The notes beneath the pieces are model-generated. The model was not told the origin of the DNA. It was given only the letters and a program-made list of their open reading frames with translations, and ran no database searches. Position numbers and translations under genes: made by a program. A stretch of 64,000 nt of DNA from contig MU004190.1 of assembly GCA_010093605.1 (NCBI GenBank), positions 930,001 to 994,000 on the forward strand. The letters run 5' to 3'. The DNA is from Lophium mytilinum (lineage: Eukaryota). Of this stretch, positions 59,360-64,000 are shown piece after piece (positions within the stretch are counted from its first letter, which is position 1; each line of letters starts with the position of its first letter).

Positions 59360-60330
59360 CTATGACTCGATGCGACTCTTGAATTTTTTGAAGACAGCTT
59401 CCCACTCACTCTGATTCGATCTGGCCCATGCCTTCACGGCCTCGACGCCTTCTAGATCTTCCCGCATGTGCTGCAAGGAGGACGTGCCGTTCAGCACGAC
59501 GATGTCTAGGTCCATGACTAGGCTATACAGGGCAATCGGAGTTGTCACACCAGCAGACTTAGCGATCGTAGCAACCTCGTTGCATCCCAACAGCTTCGGA
59601 TTACCCGTTAAGGTCCAGAATGATTCGTAGATGATGTCGTTCTCTTTACAGAATGCTCGTAGTTCGACGTCGTGCCCGGTGGCGGGATAGAACCGATTCT
59701 GGACGACCGAAAGCTTGACTCTTGAGTTCTCGTGTATATGCTCGAGAGTTTCCAGGTCCACGTTGGAGATACCAAGCGATTGAATCTTCTCAGGAACGAA
59801 GGCTTCTAGTACGTACCAGGCATCCAAAGTTTGCGTTAATGTAGGAAGGGGGGAATGCATCAAGAGACAGTCGATGTAAGAGCCGGCTTCGGAGTCGTCC
59901 GATGGCCGAAGGTTCCTGAGTGATGAGGCTACCGACGTTTCGATCTGCTTTTGCAGGGAATCTGCGGCGTTGTAGGGCATGTTAGTCCTGTCTTGGCCAG
60001 CGGGCGTAGTGTATTTAGTCTGAAGCTATTATAGGTTAGATCGGTATATATTAGGTGTATATCTCGGCCTTAATAGGCCGTTCTTTTACTCACAAAGATA
60101 TCTTCCCTACGGATAACGCCATCTTTGTAAACATCTCGCAAGGCGTTCCCTACGAGCTCTTCACGATAATGTCGAGGTTGTGCTGCTGTATCAACAGCTC
60201 GAAAACCTGCAGCCAAGGCTTCTTTCACTAGTTTTGTGGTATTGTCTTTCTTCCAAGCCGTGCCGTAGATGAAAGCTGGCGAGCGTGAAGCTAGAGATGA
60301 AATTGCAGCTCTGCCACCAGTTGAAGCCAT
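59360..60330 (-). CDS. Aldo-keto reductase family protein
   Basis: YGTAWKK, GFRAVDTAAQPRHYREELVG; intron 60026..60093; LQTKYT, IDCLLMHSP, LGISNV, VVQNRFY. Confidence 0.9.
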
Positions 60331-60884
60331 GATGGCCGGACCTGCAAGCTACTAATGGGACTAATGAAGAGATCCTGCCAGAAGAACTGCTGGGTGGAGA
60401 TGACCAGGCTAAGCTAGATGCAGCACATCGACACACACGGATGGAGAGGTGGAGTACGAGCACCGAGGTGGCGTTTAGGTGAATTGAGCCACCACAGCGC
60501 TACTCCAAACATGGCATAGTGCTTCACGTGATCACGATACACATCAATTCACACATCAAGACATTGCTTTATACATAGGAAAAGACGTAACGGTAGCGGA
60601 GTTTCGGAAGACGTGAGCTTCGGAAGCACAATTCTCCTACAGTCCGCCTCTGATCCCGTTCTGTTCCGCCCGGACTCTGGAAGACTGAGATAATTGTATC
60701 ACATCGACATGAAACAACGCGGAACCATTTCATTCATTTCGGATAGCCGAGCAAACGCCGAACACGTCAAGCGGAATAGAAGGCGAGCCGCATCTTCGCA
60801 TGCGGGGAGACCGTTGGTGGTTTGAGTGTCATGTCAGTCGGGATATAAAGACCCACTCTTACCCGCATTCAAATGATCTCTTCG

Positions 60885-62160
60885 AAATGATGGCACGATA
60901 AACATGAGAGATCGGAACGGAGTAAACGGCAGCGCGCTCGGGAATAGTAGGGTATCCGGAAGCCAGTACAGACCTCAGGACAACAAACGGAACTCGAACT
61001 GATCGCCAGTGAGTTGGTACAGGCACGGAAGAAGATACACTATTGTGACACCACGATCGTGAGAGCACGGAACTGATCACTATACCACCATATCCAAATG
61101 GAAAATCACAGCCAGCGGTTCCAACCGGAACCGGGTTGAGTGCGGGACGGAACGCGTCTCCGACTTCTGCTCCCTAGTGTGGAACGAGTGGTGACTGATA
61201 TCAATGTCCCGATCGTGAGAAAGCGGACTGGAATGTCTATACTGCTAATCACCGAAAGGAAGCGGCATCCAGCGCCGTCAATGGGAACCACGCTCGATGC
61301 GGGACGGACCGCTTTTCCAACTTCTACTTTCCGATGTGGAACGAGTGCTGGCTGACTTCAACATCGTGGTTGTGGGAAATCGGGATGGAACCTTTGCGAT
61401 TTCCATCTATGGGGAAGCGGCATCCAACGTTGTCGACCGGAACCGCGTTCAGGGCGGGACGGACCGCTTCTCCGACTTCTAGTTTCCGGTGTGGAACGAT
61501 TGATGCCTGACATCAACATTCCCATCGTCAAAGAGCGGAACGAGACACCACGGCTTCTATCAACGAGACATCGGTGTCCAACGATGCCACTCGGAACCGC
61601 GTTCGGTACGGAAGGGACCGCTTCTCTGTCTCCCAGTTTCCGGTGTCGAACGATGTATGGCTGATGTTGTTATCGTAACACGAAAAAGCGGAACGCACTC
61701 TTGCGTAGTGAGAATCACTGATGAGCCGCTATCCAGCATTATCGACCGGAACCGCGCCATACGGGACGAACCGCCCCTCCGACTTCCAGTTTCCGGTGTC
61801 GAACGATCAATGGCTGATGTTGATATTGCACGATAAGAGAGCGGAACGGAGTGCACCGTAGTACTCGTCGCTGGATAATCGGAGCCGAACGCTGTAAAAA
61901 TGATAGTGGACTCTCCGAGCTTCATTCCCCTGCCTCTAACGATCGAAGGCTGATGTTGAGATCACACGGCAAGGCGGCGGAACGGATACCAGCGTAGTAA
62001 TCACCACTAGAGAATTGGAGCCGAAGAATGTGCGATGGATATGCGTTGGCAGCGGACCCGAGAGCTTCTCCGAGTTCTATTCCCCGGCCTCGAACGATTG
62101 ACAACTGACATTGGCGCCACCATTGCGAGAATTGGAAGGTATGCGGAACCTCTCGCACGA
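60885..62160. repeat. Degenerate tandem array of ~155-bp units (5 clear copies plus about 3 diverged)
   Basis: Anchor GCGGGAC/ACGGGAC-like motif at 61142, 61299, 61454, 61608 and 61761. Shared blocks GGAACCGCG, CTCCGACTTCYAGTTTCCGGTGTSGAACGA, GCTGAY and AGCGGAAC. Confidence 0.85.
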
Positions 62161-63545
62161 ATCCGACGGGACTATGCGGCTCCCCAATTACTGAACGCGG
62201 AACCGGACGCTCTCATGAAAGACACAACGATATTGGAAGCGGAACCGTCCGACGGAGCGGGAAGCTTGAGTTCAGATGGAGTGATCATGGACCAAAATCC
62301 GAGAGAAACCCTTGAATGTCGGAAAAGAATACTTTACTCGGTGAGATACCGGTAGAGGGGCCCTAGCTACCAAAACTCCTTACCTCAATATCGAGTGTCC
62401 TCTCTTTCACCCTCATCCGGCCTTGGCGAAAGCTTGAAGCGTGCCTGTTCTACCATTGGTCTTCAATCTATCGATATCTGAGTTTCCTTAAAGACTCAGA
62501 TCTCCTAGATCTTAGATCTCCATTGAAAAGATCTGTGGATACGTTCCTCTTCCCCAGATTCTCAAGCTGAAATTTCAATCTACGACGCATCAACTCTGAA
62601 CCTCGTCAATGTCGTTTTACTCCCTTCTTACTTGACTTCCTCTTGTCTATACCGTGCCACTCGACTAAGTCCCTACTTACAACACTCTTTCAAATCTCCG
62701 GAGTACTGCATGGCCGGTGCGTCGAATGGTGGTGAAGGGCCAAGACTAAGTTGAAGGTCACGTGAGAGACTCAAGATATTTGGGGATCAACCTTATCTCA
62801 TCAACGGGAACCTGCATCATCGGACCCGCCACGTTGCTTTGCGATCAAGGATGTCTCCTGATGGTAGTGTCAGGAGTGTGGTGGTTCGAGGTCGGAATGA
62901 GGAGACGTTCGAGGCGCGGCCACCTCCGCCCGCGCAAGCGAGGAAAAAGTCAGCCCACTGTCTCTCCACAACACCAGCCAAGGATCACCGCCATCACCCC
63001 ATCGCACCGTGAGCACGTCTCCTTTGTGCTGGATCAGCACCACTCCCATACAAAATAGTCCAAGCATGTAAAAATCCATACCAAACCCGCTTAGTGAGCC
63101 TCCTGCTATGGATGCCGCCTTGGCGGCGTACCCCGCCGTCTCCTGATATCAGCTCCGTCGACTGTTCTAGGTAGACGTGCCAACATGACCCCACAGTGAG
63201 AATACGGTAATGTTTCGGGCATTTCACGCCTCAGGTGATGCTAAGCGATAGACTCACAGCCCCATAGTTTCTTTGACCCGTCCTCATGCTGCTGATATAT
63301 AACCTCTCGTGCTACACCTCACTGTCTCTCCCATCATCATCAAGCATCAATACAGGGCATTCACACCAGTTCCAGCAATCTCCAATCAACCACACATCTC
63401 TACTCCGGCTACTCACGAACGACTAAACTCGATCAAAACTCCTCTTACGCCAAAAAGTGTATTACTAAAATCACATCTCTACAATCGACGAATCAGTAAA
63501 CGCCATTCAACGGTTCTTAATCTCGATTTCGACATAATCCACAAA

Positions 63546-63831
63546 ATGCCTTCCGCAACCCCCATCCGAACCTTCATGCGCTCCGCATCCCGCTACCTCA
63601 CCGAGCCGCACCCATTTGCGCGGAACCCAGTCTCCACCCCAGCGCACCGCCACTACGCGCCGTTCTTCATCAAGCGCGCTGCTGCGACGGCCGGAACGTA
63701 AGCATTTCCCCAATACGTGCTTCCTCTGAGCAATCCAAACTAACAAAATCAACAGCATGATCCCCTTCTACAGCGTGGTCCTCTTCTGGCCCATCCCCGT
63801 CGCCGCCCTCGGCCGCCAAATCGGCATCTGA
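63546..63831 (+). CDS. Small (~75 aa) single-pass membrane protein, possibly mitochondrial
   Basis: ATG in AAAATG context; intron 63698..63755 (GTAAGC...CTAAC...CAG). Product MPSATPIRTFMRSASRYLTEPHPFARNP...MIPFYSVVLFWPIPVAALGRQIGI. Confidence 0.7.
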
Positions 63832-64000
63832 CTTGCTGAATCCCTCGTCATCGCTGTCGACGGCATGGGCCCCTCAACTTACCAGGGCCAGGCCTCAGTC
63901 CCGTGGGAGGTCACCGACATGGCGACGCTCGACGAGATCGAGCGCCATCGGAAGTCGTCGGCTGATGCGAGGGAGGTTATGGACATGATCCTTGGCATGG

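Noticed and set aside
60885..62160. CRISPR-like array
   Set aside because: Eukaryotic context, no cas genes, repeats not identical, and linkers homologous to each other.
62476..62501. ATCTGAGT / ACTCAGAT hairpin
   Set aside because: An 8-bp stem is expected by chance in 64 kb.

Overview
Gene-dense filamentous-ascomycete (Pezizomycotina, probably Dothideomycete-like) nuclear DNA with short GT-AG introns and CTRAC branch sites. About 25 protein genes can be modelled. Housekeeping genes: YAP1/pap1-type bZIP, SPF30-like Tudor protein, RAD4/XPC, PAN2, SWF1, RAP1, PRE9, a WW/FF splicing factor and a GT32-like glycosyltransferase. These are interleaved with accessory patches. The first (11.3-19.7 kb) holds a head-to-head pair of a P-loop-less NACHT-like gene and an intact AAA+ ATPase, a GGCT-like gene, a Pth11-like pseudo-exon, a 9-bp minisatellite and a small TA-flanked inverted repeat. 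The second (45-51 kb) holds two adjacent genes each broken by one in-frame stop; one is a Zn2Cys6 factor whose lesions are all TG->TA. The third (60.9-62.2 kb) is a degenerate ~155-bp tandem array. Best leads: the dead-NACHT/AAA+ pair; a structured 397-nt intron (candidate H/ACA-type ncRNA) in a catalytically dead alpha/beta-hydrolase; the TG->TA-inactivated transcription factor (RIP versus restorative A-to-I editing); an HMG-box-like insert in Rap1. I recognised no tRNA, rRNA, CRISPR array or full-length transposon. All domain calls come from motif recognition by eye, not from database searches.
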